A stretch of 64,000 bases of DNA. It comes from Eledone cirrhosa (lineage: Eukaryota). The stretch is from assembly GCA_964016885.1 (NCBI GenBank), contig OZ024740.1, positions 360,468,001-360,532,000 of the forward strand. The letters run 5' to 3'. The position numbers and the translations under genes are program-made. A model generated the notes under the pieces. The model saw nothing but the letters and a program-made list of their open reading frames with translations. It was not told the origin of the DNA and made no database searches. Of this stretch, positions 40,228-52,642 are shown in pieces (the first letter of the stretch is position 1; each line of letters opens with the position of its first letter).

Positions 40228-40262
<35 letters not shown>

Positions 40263-40279
40263 TATATATATATATACTA

Positions 40280-40328
<49 letters not shown>

Positions 40329-40836
40329 TATATATATATATACTATATATATGTATATACTATATATATATATATATACTATATATATGTACTATATATA
40401 TGTATATACTATATATATATATATATACTATATATATGTACTATATATATATATATACTATATATATATATATATATATATACTATATATATATGTATAT
40501 ACTATATATATGTATATACTATATATATATATGTATATACTATATATATATATGTATATACTATATATATATATATACTATATATATATATATATATACT
40601 ATATATATATATATACTATATATATGTATATACTATATATATGTATATACTATATATATATATATATACTATATATATATATACTATATATATGTATATA
40701 TACTATATATATATATACTATATATATGTATATATACTATATATATATATACTATATATATATATATATAGTATATATATGTATATATACTATATATATA
40801 TATACTATATATATGTATATACTATATATATATATA
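39420..40836. repeat. C(TA)n compound microsatellite containing a 77-bp RTE-B tail at 39481-39557 (-)
   Basis: TA runs punctuated by C; CATCAT...CCGTTTAACGTCCGTGTTCCACGC. Confidence 0.9.
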
Positions 40837-40944
40837 TTTTTTTTTTTTAAACGATCGACTTTTTTGTCAAATCGGACCGAGGGAACAATGTTTCCGTTGG
40901 TCTTTCCAATTGCTAATACTATCTATCGGTCGCAACTCCAGGTA

Positions 40945-41068
40945 GAAGGAGCAACGTGAAATAAAGTGTCTTGCTCAAGGACATAACGCATCGCCTGGTC
41001 CAGGAATCGAACTCACAACCTTACGATTGCGAATACAATTCTCTAACCACTTAGCCACACGCCTTCAC
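40945..41068 (-). mobile_element. tRNA-derived SINE head with CORE-like segment; second copy at 41295-41446
   Basis: Minus strand TGGCTAAGTGGTTAG (A box), GAGTTCGATTCC (B box), then CCTTGAGCAAGACACTTTATTTCAC. Confidence 0.7.
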
Positions 41069-41109
41069 ATATATATATATATACTGTATATATATATATA
41101 TATACTATC

Positions 41110-41280
41110 ATTCATTTCATTTTTACGTCCGCTTTTTCCCTGCTTGCAAGGGTGGGACGGGAACTGATTCTGGCTTGATTTCTACAGCTGGATGCCCTTC
41201 CTAACACCAACCTCATTTACAGTGTTTTTTTGCTGGGTGTTTTTTTGCCGTGGCACCTCCAGGACCACTTTGCAGTGGAA
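41110..41280 (-). mobile_element. RTE-type 3' end, third family; a 55-bp copy of its tail is at 60488-60545
   Basis: TTTTACGTCCGCTTTTTCCCTGCTTGCAAGGGTGGGACGGGAACTG at both sites. Confidence 0.65.
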
Positions 41281-41502
41281 TAATAGGGACCCAGTCCTAT
41301 CATCTCTTTTCTACAGCTGAGTAAACTGGAGCAATGTGAAATAAAGTGTCTTGCTCAAGGAAACAACACATCACCCGGTCTGAGAATTGAACTTACAACC
41401 TTTCGATTGCAAGGCCAATGCTCTAACCACTAAGCCATGTGCCTCCATATATACTATATATATGTATATACTATATATGTATATACTATATATATATATA
41501 TA

Positions 41503-41570
<68 letters not shown>

Positions 41571-41756
41571 TATATATATATATATATATACTATATATAT
41601 ATATACTATATATATATATACTATATATATATATACTATATATATATATACTATATATATATACTATATATATATATACTATATATATATATATATACTA
41701 TATATACTATATATATATATATACTATATATACTATATATATATATATACTATATA

Positions 41757-42068
41757 TCATCATCATCATCATCATCAACGTTTAACGTCCGTGTTCCACG
41801 CTTGCATGGGTTTGGACGGGGGTAGTCCCACTTGAGGCAAGAGTGATTGTCTTGCTCGCATAGGACTGTCTGGCAGGTTTTCTACAGTTGGATGCCCTTC
41901 CTAACACCAACCACATTTACAGTGTGGGTCTGGGAGGTTTTTACCGTGTTGCCTACACGGCCACATTATAGCGTGGACTGTGTGTTTTTTTGTCGTGACA
42001 CCTACACGATCTCATTTGTTTCGGCCTGGATGGCGCAGCACCAACATAACTTTACATAGAACGGGGTG

Positions 42069-42071
<3 letters not shown>
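41757..42071 (-). mobile_element. RTE family B 3' UTR fragment
   Basis: Reverse complement of 24840-25154. Confidence 0.85.
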
Positions 42072-42106
<35 letters not shown>

Positions 42107-42118
42107 TATATATATATA

Positions 42119-42158
<40 letters not shown>

Positions 42159-42337
42159 TATATATATATATATATACTATTAAAAACAAAAATTAATAAA
42201 AATAAACTATAGCTTTGTAGAATTAGCTTTTAATGAATTCTCTTTTCTATGAACCAATGACCTACACCCATCCTACTCCCCACCCTCTCCTACCACTTGT
42301 AGAGACCTATAAATACCATATTTATTTTTTGATACCC

Positions 42338-42386
42338 GATTCCTGATGATTTCTAAAGAATGAAACAGTTCTAGTCCTGTAGAATC
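42338..42386 (+). ncRNA. Type I hammerhead ribozyme in an isolated ~210-bp TA-flanked fragment (42181-42392)
   Basis: GATTC-CTGATGA-T-TTC-TAAA-GAA-T-GAAA-CAG-TTCTAGTC-CTG-TA-GAATC; GUA cleavage triplet. Confidence 0.75.
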
Positions 42387-42434
42387 TCATCTATATTATA
42401 CTATATATATATATACTATATATATATATATATG

Positions 42435-42458
42435 TAGTATATATATATATATATATAG

Positions 42459-42489
<31 letters not shown>

Positions 42490-42551
42490 TATATATATAT
42501 ATAGTATATATATATATATAGTATATATATATATATAGTATATATATATAG

Positions 42552-42582
<31 letters not shown>

Positions 42583-42630
42583 TATATATATATATATATA
42601 GTATATATATATATAGTATATATATATATA

Positions 42631-42700
<70 letters not shown>

Positions 42701-42721
42701 TATATATATATATATATAGTG

Positions 42722-42763
<42 letters not shown>

Positions 42764-42766
42764 TAG

Positions 42767-42797
<31 letters not shown>

Positions 42798-43049
42798 TAT
42801 ATATATATATATATATAGTATATATATATATATATATAGTATATATATATATATATATATAGTATATATATATATATATATAGTATATATATATATATAT
42901 ATAGTATATATATATATATATATATAGTATATATATATATATATATATAGTATATATATATATATATATAGTATATATATATATATAAATATATATATAT
43001 ATAGTATATATATATATATATATATAGTATATATATATATATATATATA

Positions 43050-43091
<42 letters not shown>

Positions 43092-43139
43092 TATATATAT
43101 ATATATATATATATAGTATATATAGTATATATATATATA

Positions 43140-43173
<34 letters not shown>

Positions 43174-43219
43174 TATATATATATATATATATATAGTATA
43201 TATAGTATATATATATATA

Positions 43220-43253
<34 letters not shown>

Positions 43254-43838
43254 TATATATATATATATATATATAGTATATATATATATATATAGTATAT
43301 ATAGTATATATATATATAGTATATATATATAGTATATATATATATATATATATATATAGTATATATATATATATATATAGTATATATAGTATATATATAT
43401 ATAGTATATATATATATAGTATATATATATATAGTATATATATATATAGTATATATATATATATAGCATATATATATATAGTATATATATATATAGTATA
43501 TATAGTATATATATATATATATATATATAGCATATATATATATAGTATATATATATATAGTATATATAGTATATATATATATATATATATATAGCATATA
43601 TATATATAGTATATATATATATAGTATATATAGTATATATATATATAGTATATATAGTATATATATATATATAGTATATATAGTATATATATATATAGTA
43701 TATATATATATATAGTATATATAGTATATATAGTATATATAGTATATATATATATAGTATATATATATAGTATATATAGTATATATATATATATAGTATA
43801 TATAGTATATATATATAGTATATATAGTGTATATATAT
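42435..43838. repeat. (TA)nG microsatellite (C(TA)n in inverted orientation)
   Basis: TA runs punctuated by G. Confidence 0.9.
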
Positions 43839-44036
43839 GTAGATAAATCTACCAAGAGTTTACGGTAGTGTCCAATCTGTATGAAGAACTCAATGTAATC
43901 CGGATATCATGGAAAGAAGAGATGCATTCAAAAATCACTTTCGGTGAAAGATAAACGGAATACAGAGTCAAGATAAAATATTTAAAAAATAATGAATAAA
44001 ACAATGAAACAGTTCCTTATATTAAACAAAAAAAGT

Positions 44037-44187
44037 TCATTATTTAACGATCGTTTCTAGGACATATATGTGTTAGAATTGGTATGCATATTCAACAGAT
44101 CTATGTACAAAATTATACAAAATTATACAAATTATCAAATATAATATACATACCAACACATACATATGCCGTCTTCAGAAATAATGA
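44037..44187 (-). ncRNA. Type I hammerhead ribozyme with long stem II (homolog of 21059-21210)
   Basis: Identical core and stems I/III. Stem II substitutions largely retain pairing (GGTATGTATATT / AATATGCATACC). Confidence 0.7.
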
Positions 44188-45084
44188 AATATATTTATTG
44201 ATAATAACAACAATTCAAAATTACAGGTCTGTTTGGGAACAGAGTTCAAATTGACCAATGAAATACACAAAAATATATCAAGAAAATACAGTTAGGTGTG
44301 TGTATATATGTAAGTAACTTCGTTCACAGATATGCATAAAAATATATGTTCACATGCATACGCATGTCGAAAAAATGTATGTAAATACAAAAATTCAGGG
44401 CTAATGTCTCTGTATGTTTATAATCTACAGATAAAATACACATACGCATATAAACATATATAGATTCATATATACACACATATATATACATTCACACACA
44501 CACGCGCATATACACATAAACATACACATACCCACGAACATATACACACACACTCACACACACACACACCCATATGTATATATTATTATTATAACTATAT
44601 GGATATTTAGGCGCACGCATAAACACTGCCACATATATTTTTACATCCAAATGCAGAAGTGGGTAAGGGGGTCCGTAATTACTAAGGGTGTCAGAGAACT
44701 GCCTATTTATAAAATGTATCTATAAATTTAGAAATAAAAAGAAATATATTAAAAAAAATATAAACAAGTAAAATATATACTCATACATAAAATACACACC
44801 GATATACATATATATATATATACACATACACATATATATATACAGACATATATACACATATACATACACACATACATACATAGAGACACATACATATACA
44901 TATATAAATACATAGACACATACAAACACACATATATATATACATATATTCACAACACACATACATATATACCCTTATATGTACATACACATACACACAC
45001 ATATATATATATACACACATATATACATACAGACACATATATATACACACATATATACACACATATATACATATATATATACAT

Positions 45085-45190
<106 letters not shown>

Positions 45191-45298
45191 ATATATACCC
45201 ATATATGTACACACACATACACACACATATATATATATACACATATATACATTCAGACACATATATATACACACATATATACACACATATATACATAC

Positions 45299-45371
<73 letters not shown>

Positions 45372-45481
45372 TATACGTATATATACACACATACACATAT
45401 CCATGTATGTATATACACATACAACCACACGCTCACACAACTCAGACATACATAAATAAAGAGATATACATACACACATAT

Positions 45482-45532
<51 letters not shown>

Positions 45533-45614
45533 CATACACATAAATATATATACACACACACACATATATACATACACTCATATATACATATATATATATA
45601 TATATGTATATATT

Positions 45615-45648
<34 letters not shown>

Positions 45649-45849
45649 TATATATATAAATATATATAAAAATAAATAAATAAATAAATAAATACACACA
45701 GTCAGACAATTATGCACACATATATATATATATACATACACACATCTCTACAAATATATATACACACGCACACATACATATATACATACACACATACTTA
45801 TATATAGACATATATATACACACATATATATACATATATATACATATAT

Positions 45850-45880
<31 letters not shown>

Positions 45881-46528
45881 CAATCATAGACACTTATTTA
45901 CATGCGCACATATGTATTTTTATACTCACATATAAACACCCAAACATACATACCTACTTACATACACATACATTCATCCATGCTTACAAATACAAATAAT
46001 TATAGCGGGGGGGGGGGGGGGGGGGATTAAAATTATTAGTGGGAAATAGTAAATATAGGTTTCAAGGAACATAGAATATTAATCTGCATTTAGATCATAA
46101 TATATGTTTACATAGTAGTTTCAGTATTAGGAAATGTAAGAAAGAAGGCAAAATTATGCATTTTAATATAAGTAGACTATTAATTAAAGGTTAACTAAAT
46201 TAAAATTAGTTAATATATTGATTTCTAAGGTGTATACTACTTAGGTTTATAATATTTGAAGCGGAATGTTAAACAGTAGTAGAGTATTAATTATATCATA
46301 ACTAAATTAAAATATTAACATTATGGTATCAATATTAGGAAATGAATTTAGTAATAGGGAAAACCAAATCAAGTATTTCATCGGTAGTAGAATATAAATT
46401 ATAGGTTAACTAAATTAAAAAATTATATATTAATTTCTATAGTATATGTTAATTAGGTTTATAATAATTAAAGCAGATTTTGTATTTTATCTATAGTAGA
46501 ATATAATTATAGGTTAACAAAAATTAAA

Positions 46529-46581
<53 letters not shown>

Positions 46582-47041
46582 ATTGTAAAGAATATATTAA
46601 TTAGGTATATATTTAAAAATTTATCTCAGTTTATGATTACATGATATTCTGCAATCCATCTGTATTGGAATTTTAATTTTAAGCTAATTAAATTAAAATT
46701 ATAGGTTAACTAAATTAAAATTAATTTATAAATAAGTTTCTAAATTGTACATTAATTAGGTTTATAATATTAAAAAATATCTCTCTGTTATTGATTACAC
46801 GATATTTTGTTATATTTCATCTGTAAAGGAATTTTAATAAAAGGTTAAATAAACTAAAATTAATCTATATATTAATCTCCAAAGTATATATTAATTATGT
46901 TAATAATATTTTAAAGTTTTTCACTATTTATGATTACACAATATTTTTTAATCTCATCTGTATTAGAATTTTAATTAAATTAAATTTATAGGTTAACTAC
47001 ATTTAAATTAAATTATATATTAATTTCTAAAATATATATTA

Positions 47042-48967
47042 TTAATTAGGTTTATAATATTTAAATGTTTTTCTCAGTTTATGATTACATGATATAATTA
47101 ATTCCTGTCGCTTATTTAATAGGATATCCCTAGATTTCATTATTTCAAATAGTTCTTGGGAACATAATCTACATTCATTTCTATTATTTTGATAAGGGGT
47201 GGCTCTTTTGAGCACACTCCAGGTCATATCATATTCTATATTCTTATTTCTATAACTATTAATTTTTTCTGCTAGAGATGTTGTATTAGCCAGTGCGGCA
47301 TTTTTAAAACTATGTTTGTGGGTATTAAACCTTACCTTAAAATTGTTATAAGTAGCTCCTATATATGAGCAAATAGAATCTTTAGTTTTAACTTTACATT
47401 TATAAACTATGTTGTTAACAAGACAATTTCCTTTTAATGGGCAGTTTACTTTGTTTCTACAGTTACAACCTTTCGTTAATTCTGTATTTGAGGAGATATT
47501 ATGGTTAGTTTGATGTATTGGTGGTATACTTATGGTTTTTTTACATTTATATGCATTATAGGCACTTATATTTTGTTTTATGTTTTTGGTTGTTGAGTAT
47601 GAGAATTTAACTGTTGACCTATTTAAGATTTGATGGTATTTGTGGTTTGGCGGGAAGTTTTTCTCTAGGATATAAAAAAATTTTTTAGCAATATTATCCT
47701 TAATTTGTAAATTAAATGGAGCATTATACCAAGTAACTCGTCTATTACGGTTTCTATGTTGTTTATTATTTTTATAGGTTGTATCGTGATGTTTACTAGG
47801 AGGATTAATGTTAATGACCTCACCACGCACATTTTTAGTTAGATTTATTGATTTAGGTGTTTTATCTTGTTTATTAGGAGTTTTATTATTAACATTTATT
47901 AGAGTTGTATGATGAGTAGTTTTTTGAGAGTTACTATACTTTATATTAGAGGAGTTGTTGGTATTTTGGGGTATAGTGTGGGTGGCATTTAGGTGTGTAC
48001 TTTTCATTTGGTGTTTGTTGGTAATATTAGGTTGTATGTTTATAGTATTTTTAGTAGAAGGTATATATTCTAATCTATTTTTGTGGCCACTTCTATCTAG
48101 AGCTTCGTTATAGAAGGTCGCATTTTTATCAAATACATCTTGGTTAGACGAAAGGTTAGAAATTCTAAGTGATATATTATATGCAAGGTTTTTAAGGATA
48201 GATTTAGGGTGATTAGATTGTGAGTGTATGTAGTGTAAGTTTTGGTTGGGTTTATGGTAAGGTTGGTAGATACCCGTAGCTAAGTCTAAAGTTATATCTA
48301 GGAAATTAACTACTTTACTTGTGTTTTCAAAAGTAATATGAAGACTATAATAGTCTTTAAGGAAAGTTCTAATAAGCTTTTTGTTTTTTTCTATTTCTGA
48401 GAGGCTAAGGTTGTTGGAAAGAAGAAGACAGTCATCACGATATAAACCACCTTTAAGGTGGGGAAAGGAAGCATTTATGTTGAAAAGAAGAAAGAGGCCC
48501 ACAAGATCAGTAATTTGGGCAGAATCGCTTGAACCCATAGTAATATCAAATAGATTACTATATGTGTTTCTGGTCCAGTATTCATTCTGAAATTCAATAA
48601 GTGTTAGTCTAGCATGTGTAATAATATTAATGTCATCCAAAGTTAAGTTAGATCTATTTTTACCAAATATCAAAGCTTTGTTCAGGAGTATAGGTGATAT
48701 AGAAGAATAGTAATTATCTATATCAAATTGTAGAAATGAAGCAGAAGATTTACATCTAATATTTTTAAACCAGTTAATTACCTGGGAAGTGTTTTCCCAG
48801 AGTGGTAAATTAACATGTTTTCTTATTTGTGGGATGACTCTATCCAAAATTTTTTTGCTAATTATTCCAATATCAGATTTGGAGGGACATATAAGTCTTA
48901 TAGAAGGATTTGAGTTAAAGTTTGATTTATGATCCTTCAGGTTGAAGTGTGGTCTATTCAATGCCAA
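47042..48967 (-). CDS. PLE reverse transcriptase + C-terminal GIY-YIG endonuclease (N-terminally incomplete)
   Basis: QFDIDNYYSSI, ITMGSSDSA, GLYRDD, VNFLDITL, an Asn/Lys-rich insert, CNCRNKVNCPLKGNC, IVYKC..SYIGAT..FKVRFNTH, and CRLC..SCNH. Confidence 0.9.
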   Translation of the reverse strand: MALNRPHFNLKDHKSNFNSNPSIRLICPSKSDIGIISKKILDRVIPQIRKHVNLPLWENTSQVINWFKNIRCKSSASFLQFDIDNYYSSISPILLNKALIFGKNRSNLTLDDINIITHARLTLIEFQNEYWTRNTYSNLFDITMGSSDSAQITDLVGLFLLFNINASFPHLKGGLYRDDCLLLSNNLSLSEIEKNKKLIRTFLKDYYSLHITFENTSKVVNFLDITLDLATGIYQPYHKPNQNLHYIHSQSNHPKSILKNLAYNISLRISNLSSNQDVFDKNATFYNEALDRSGHKNRLEYIPSTKNTINIQPNITNKHQMKSTHLNATHTIPQNTNNSSNIKYSNSQKTTHHTTLINVNNKTPNKQDKTPKSINLTKNVRGEVININPPSKHHDTTYKNNKQHRNRNRRVTWYNAPFNLQIKDNIAKKFFYILEKNFPPNHKYHQILNRSTVKFSYSTTKNIKQNISAYNAYKCKKTISIPPIHQTNHNISSNTELTKGCNCRNKVNCPLKGNCLVNNIVYKCKVKTKDSICSYIGATYNNFKVRFNTHKHSFKNAALANTTSLAEKINSYRNKNIEYDMTWSVLKRATPYQNNRNECRLCSQELFEIMKSRDILLNKRQELIISCNHKLRKTFKYYKPN

Positions 48968-49420
48968 AGGTTCAGTTCTATCTTCAATGTTTAGTTTTTT
49001 TACTATGTTGTGTGTTTTGTTGTTGATGTTGGTGAGTGACGCATTATTAGATTTTTATAGTTTTTCCTGAGTTCTTTATATATGAACTCATTATAATCTT
49101 CAATATCCATGTGATACAAGTTTCCAGTTTTATCCGAGTGGACATGGATTTTTTTAGACTTTTTTAGGTCCAATAGGGTAGAATCAAGGTCCTTTTGAAG
49201 ACAGATTTATACTTTTAGTGTATATATATATATATAAAGACAGATTTATACTTTTAGTGTATATATATATGTATATATATAGTATATATATATATATAGT
49301 ATATATAGTATATATAGTATATATATATATATTCCAAACCTGAATATATATATATATACTATATATATATATATATATAGTATATATAGTATATATAGTA
49401 TATATAGTATATATATATAT

Positions 49421-50632
49421 ATTCCAAACCTGGAAGCAGGGACTAGAGAGAAAGGGCCTCAAAGTCAACATGACAAAGACTAAGGTCCTTATAAGTAGAC
49501 GAGAAAACAGAACCCAGATCCCCTCAGGGAAATGGCCTTGCTCAGTATGTAGGAAAGGTGTAGGTAGGAACTCCATTCTTTGCCCCAAATGCAAACAATG
49601 GGTACACAAGAGATGTAGCGGGATCTCAGGAAGCTTAATTAAGAATGTAGGATTCACATGCAGCAGCTGTGCTGAAACAGCAAGCAAACAGCCACAGGAA
49701 ACAAGTACCACCAATCTCTGGGAGGGCCCTGTAGAAACAGTAGACAGCTTCTGCTACCTAGGTGACCGAATTAGCAACGGAGGTGGGTGCTCAGAAAGTA
49801 CAATAACTAGGGTAAGAACGGGATGGAAGAAGTTTAGGGAACTACTACCACTGCTAGCTGCAAAAGGCTTCTCCCTCAGAATGAAAGGCAGACTGTATGA
49901 TGCGTGTATCCGAACAGCGATGTTGCATGGTAGTGAGACCTGGGCGCTGAAGGTGGAAGACTTACGTAGATTAGAGAGAAACGAAGCCTGCATGCTCCGA
50001 TGGATGTGTAACAGTAATATACGTGAACGACAAAGCATAATGAATTGAGAGAGAGACTGAGCATAAGAGGAATCAAATGCTGCGTGCAGGAGAGGCGGTT
50101 ACGCTGGTATGGACATGTGATGCGTATGAAGGATGACAGCTGCATAAAAAGGTGCAGAGCACTAGAAGTTGATGGAAACCGCGGAGTGGGGAGACCCAAG
50201 ATGACTTGGGATGAGGTGATAAAAGCCGACCTTACCCAACTACACCTCTCAAAGTCAATGACACACGACCGTGACTTCTGGCGTCACGCAGTAATACAGG
50301 GTACCCGACCTCCCATGGGTACATGCTGAAGCATATAAACAATATGCCCACCCCCCCACCGCAAGGTGGTCGTGGAGGTGCCACGGCAAAAAGAGCACCC
50401 AGCCCACACTGTAAAGTGGACGTGTAGGCGCCACGAAAAAGCACCCAGCACTCACTGTAAATGAGGTTGGTGTTAGGAAGGGCATCCAGCTGTAGAAATC
50501 AAGCCAGATCAGTTCCTGTATGAGCAAGGCATGGTCAGCCGACCAGACACTGCCCACAACAGGACAACCCGTCTAACCCATGCTAGCGTGGAAGAACGGA
50601 CGTAAAACGGTGATGATGATGATGATGATGAT
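49421..50632 (+). mobile_element. RTE family A 3' fragment (inverted duplicate of 52643-53851), 1-bp deletion near 50040
   Basis: ORFs 49470-50048 and 50045-50329 match the C-terminus of 52942-54567. Confidence 0.9.
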
Positions 50633-50829
50633 ATATAGTATATATATATATAGTATATATAGTATATATATATATAGTATATATATATATATAGTATATA
50701 TATATATATATATAGTATATATATATATATAGTATATATATATATATATAGTATATATATATATATAGTATATATATAGTATATATATATATATAGTATA
50801 TATATATATATATAGTATATATATATATA

Positions 50830-50862
<33 letters not shown>

Positions 50863-50865
<3 letters not shown>

Positions 50866-51092
50866 ATAATAATAAAATTGAAGACTAAAATCCAAAGAGG
50901 GCTCGATATAAGTTACACTGGGAGATCCTAGCTAGGGCTAGATCGTATAACGGAAATAAAAGACCATGTGACCTCTGCGCCGCTGAGGCCCTGGAAATAC
51001 TCTACGCCACAGACCACATCTTAAACAAAAAATGTGAGGCAATTTCGGCTTGTAAATTCTTTGCTTAAACTTTAATCTGTTATTTTAATAAA
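50863..51092 (+). mobile_element. Internally deleted inverted copy of the PLE 3' fragment at 51382-52612
   Basis: 50863-51056 is the reverse complement of 52419-52612; 51056-51092 is the reverse complement of 51382-51418. Confidence 0.85.
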
Positions 51093-51127
51093 TATATATA
51101 TATATATACTATATATATATATATATA

Positions 51128-51163
<36 letters not shown>

Positions 51164-51177
51164 TATATATATGTATA

Positions 51178-51211
<34 letters not shown>

Positions 51212-51225
51212 TATATATATGTATA

Positions 51226-51297
<72 letters not shown>

Positions 51298-51381
51298 TAT
51301 ATATATGTATATACTATATATATATATATACTATATATATACTATATATATATATATATAGTATATATATATATATATATA

Positions 51382-52612
51382 TTTATTAAAATAACAGATT
51401 AAAGTTTAAGCAAAGAATCGCTGCTTTCACCCTTAACGGGATCTTCTGAAACTAACAAAGTCAATCTGTAAACGCAGAACTGGATATTTCAAAAAACGTT
51501 GCAACCGGAGGAAGACAGGAAGACGATACTTTCGTTCGTGGTAACGTTCGCTGGCAAAGAACGGGAAAAAACGAATAATACGTCATTAATAGGAGCGGTG
51601 AAAAACAATTACGCGCAAAGACAGAACCACGTTTATGGTATAAAAGAGGTCGTAGACTAATGTTCTTTTAGGTGGTGCATAGAGACGTTCTCTGACAATG
51701 AACGAAAAAACGAAGATAATAAGTCGTATGTGGAGCGTGGAGAACAATAGCACGCAAAGACAAAACCACGTAAATGGTATAGCAGAAGTCATAGACTAAA
51801 ATTAATCTCCGCTACAGAGTTAAGAACAAAGTAAATAAATACAATACAGAAGTAATAGAAACAAATAAATACATACATGCAAACAGATACGTACATACAC
51901 AAGCATACGCAAAACCTTACCATAGGTATACAAAACCACGCACATATAAATATGTGTGTGTGTGTATGCTTGTGTACAAATAAATAAATAATTATATCAA
52001 TGTATATAAGTAAATAAATACGTATATAACAAGCGCACACGCATACCCACATATAAATACACGAATGATCGGAGACGTAAGTCAACTAAAACAAGAAGTA
52101 CACATATACACACACCCACCATACGTACGAACCTGCATACTCACGCAGACGCGAAACTCCCGTATACACATAGCCAAACCCTAAATACCAGACTATGTAA
52201 AAATTATACGCCATAACAGTCAAATATACGTACGAGAAGGTATACATACCTTCACAAAACATACGGGTAATATATACTTACCTATGCAAATAAGTAAAGG
52301 AATAAACAAAACATATACTTAGCTCCCACATCAAGACGTAAATATCCACGTATAGATCGTGCTATCTGTTAGGGTATAACGTGGGGCTGTAATACAGGAA
52401 AGTTTTGGGCAATTTATGTTTACAAGCCGAAATTGCCTCAGATTTTTTGTTTAAGATGTGGTCTGTGGCGTAGAGTATTTCCAGGGCCTCAGCGGCGCAG
52501 AGGTCACATGGTCTTTTATTTCCGTTATACGATCTAGCCCTAGCTAGGATCTCCCAGTGTAACTTATATCGAGCCCTCTTTGGATTTTAGTCTTCAATTT
52601 TATTATTATTAC
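51382..52612 (-). mobile_element. PLE 3' fragment: end of the GIY-YIG ORF plus 3' UTR
   Basis: Minus strand encodes LHWEILARARSYNGNKRPCDLCAAEALEIL..ILNKKSEAISACKHKL, parallel to the C-terminus of 47042-48967. Confidence 0.8.
51403..51453 (-). ncRNA. Type I hammerhead-like fold with U4A core variant
   Basis: AGTTT-CAGAAGA-T-CCC-GTTAA-GGG-T-GAAA-GCA-GCGATTCTT-TGC-TT-AAACT, about 20 nt from the element's 3' end. Confidence 0.55.
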
Positions 52613-52642
52613 TATATATATATATATATATACTATATATAT

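Noticed and set aside
40985-41068. tRNA gene
   Set aside because: A and B boxes are present but fused to a CORE-like SINE body with no intact cloverleaf. It is a SINE head.
46180-47040. CRISPR-like repeat-spacer array
   Set aside because: Eukaryotic context. The units are decayed whole-unit tandem copies of an ORF end, with no unique spacers and no cas genes.
47042-48967. Selenoprotein-type (Naiad) PLE
   Set aside because: The endonuclease is C-terminal, no in-frame TGA is needed at Cys positions, and I recognised no SECIS.
51525-51595. Second hammerhead-like string on the minus strand (TTAATGA...CGAAAG)
   Set aside because: Two non-compensatory core mismatches and no convincing stems I and III.
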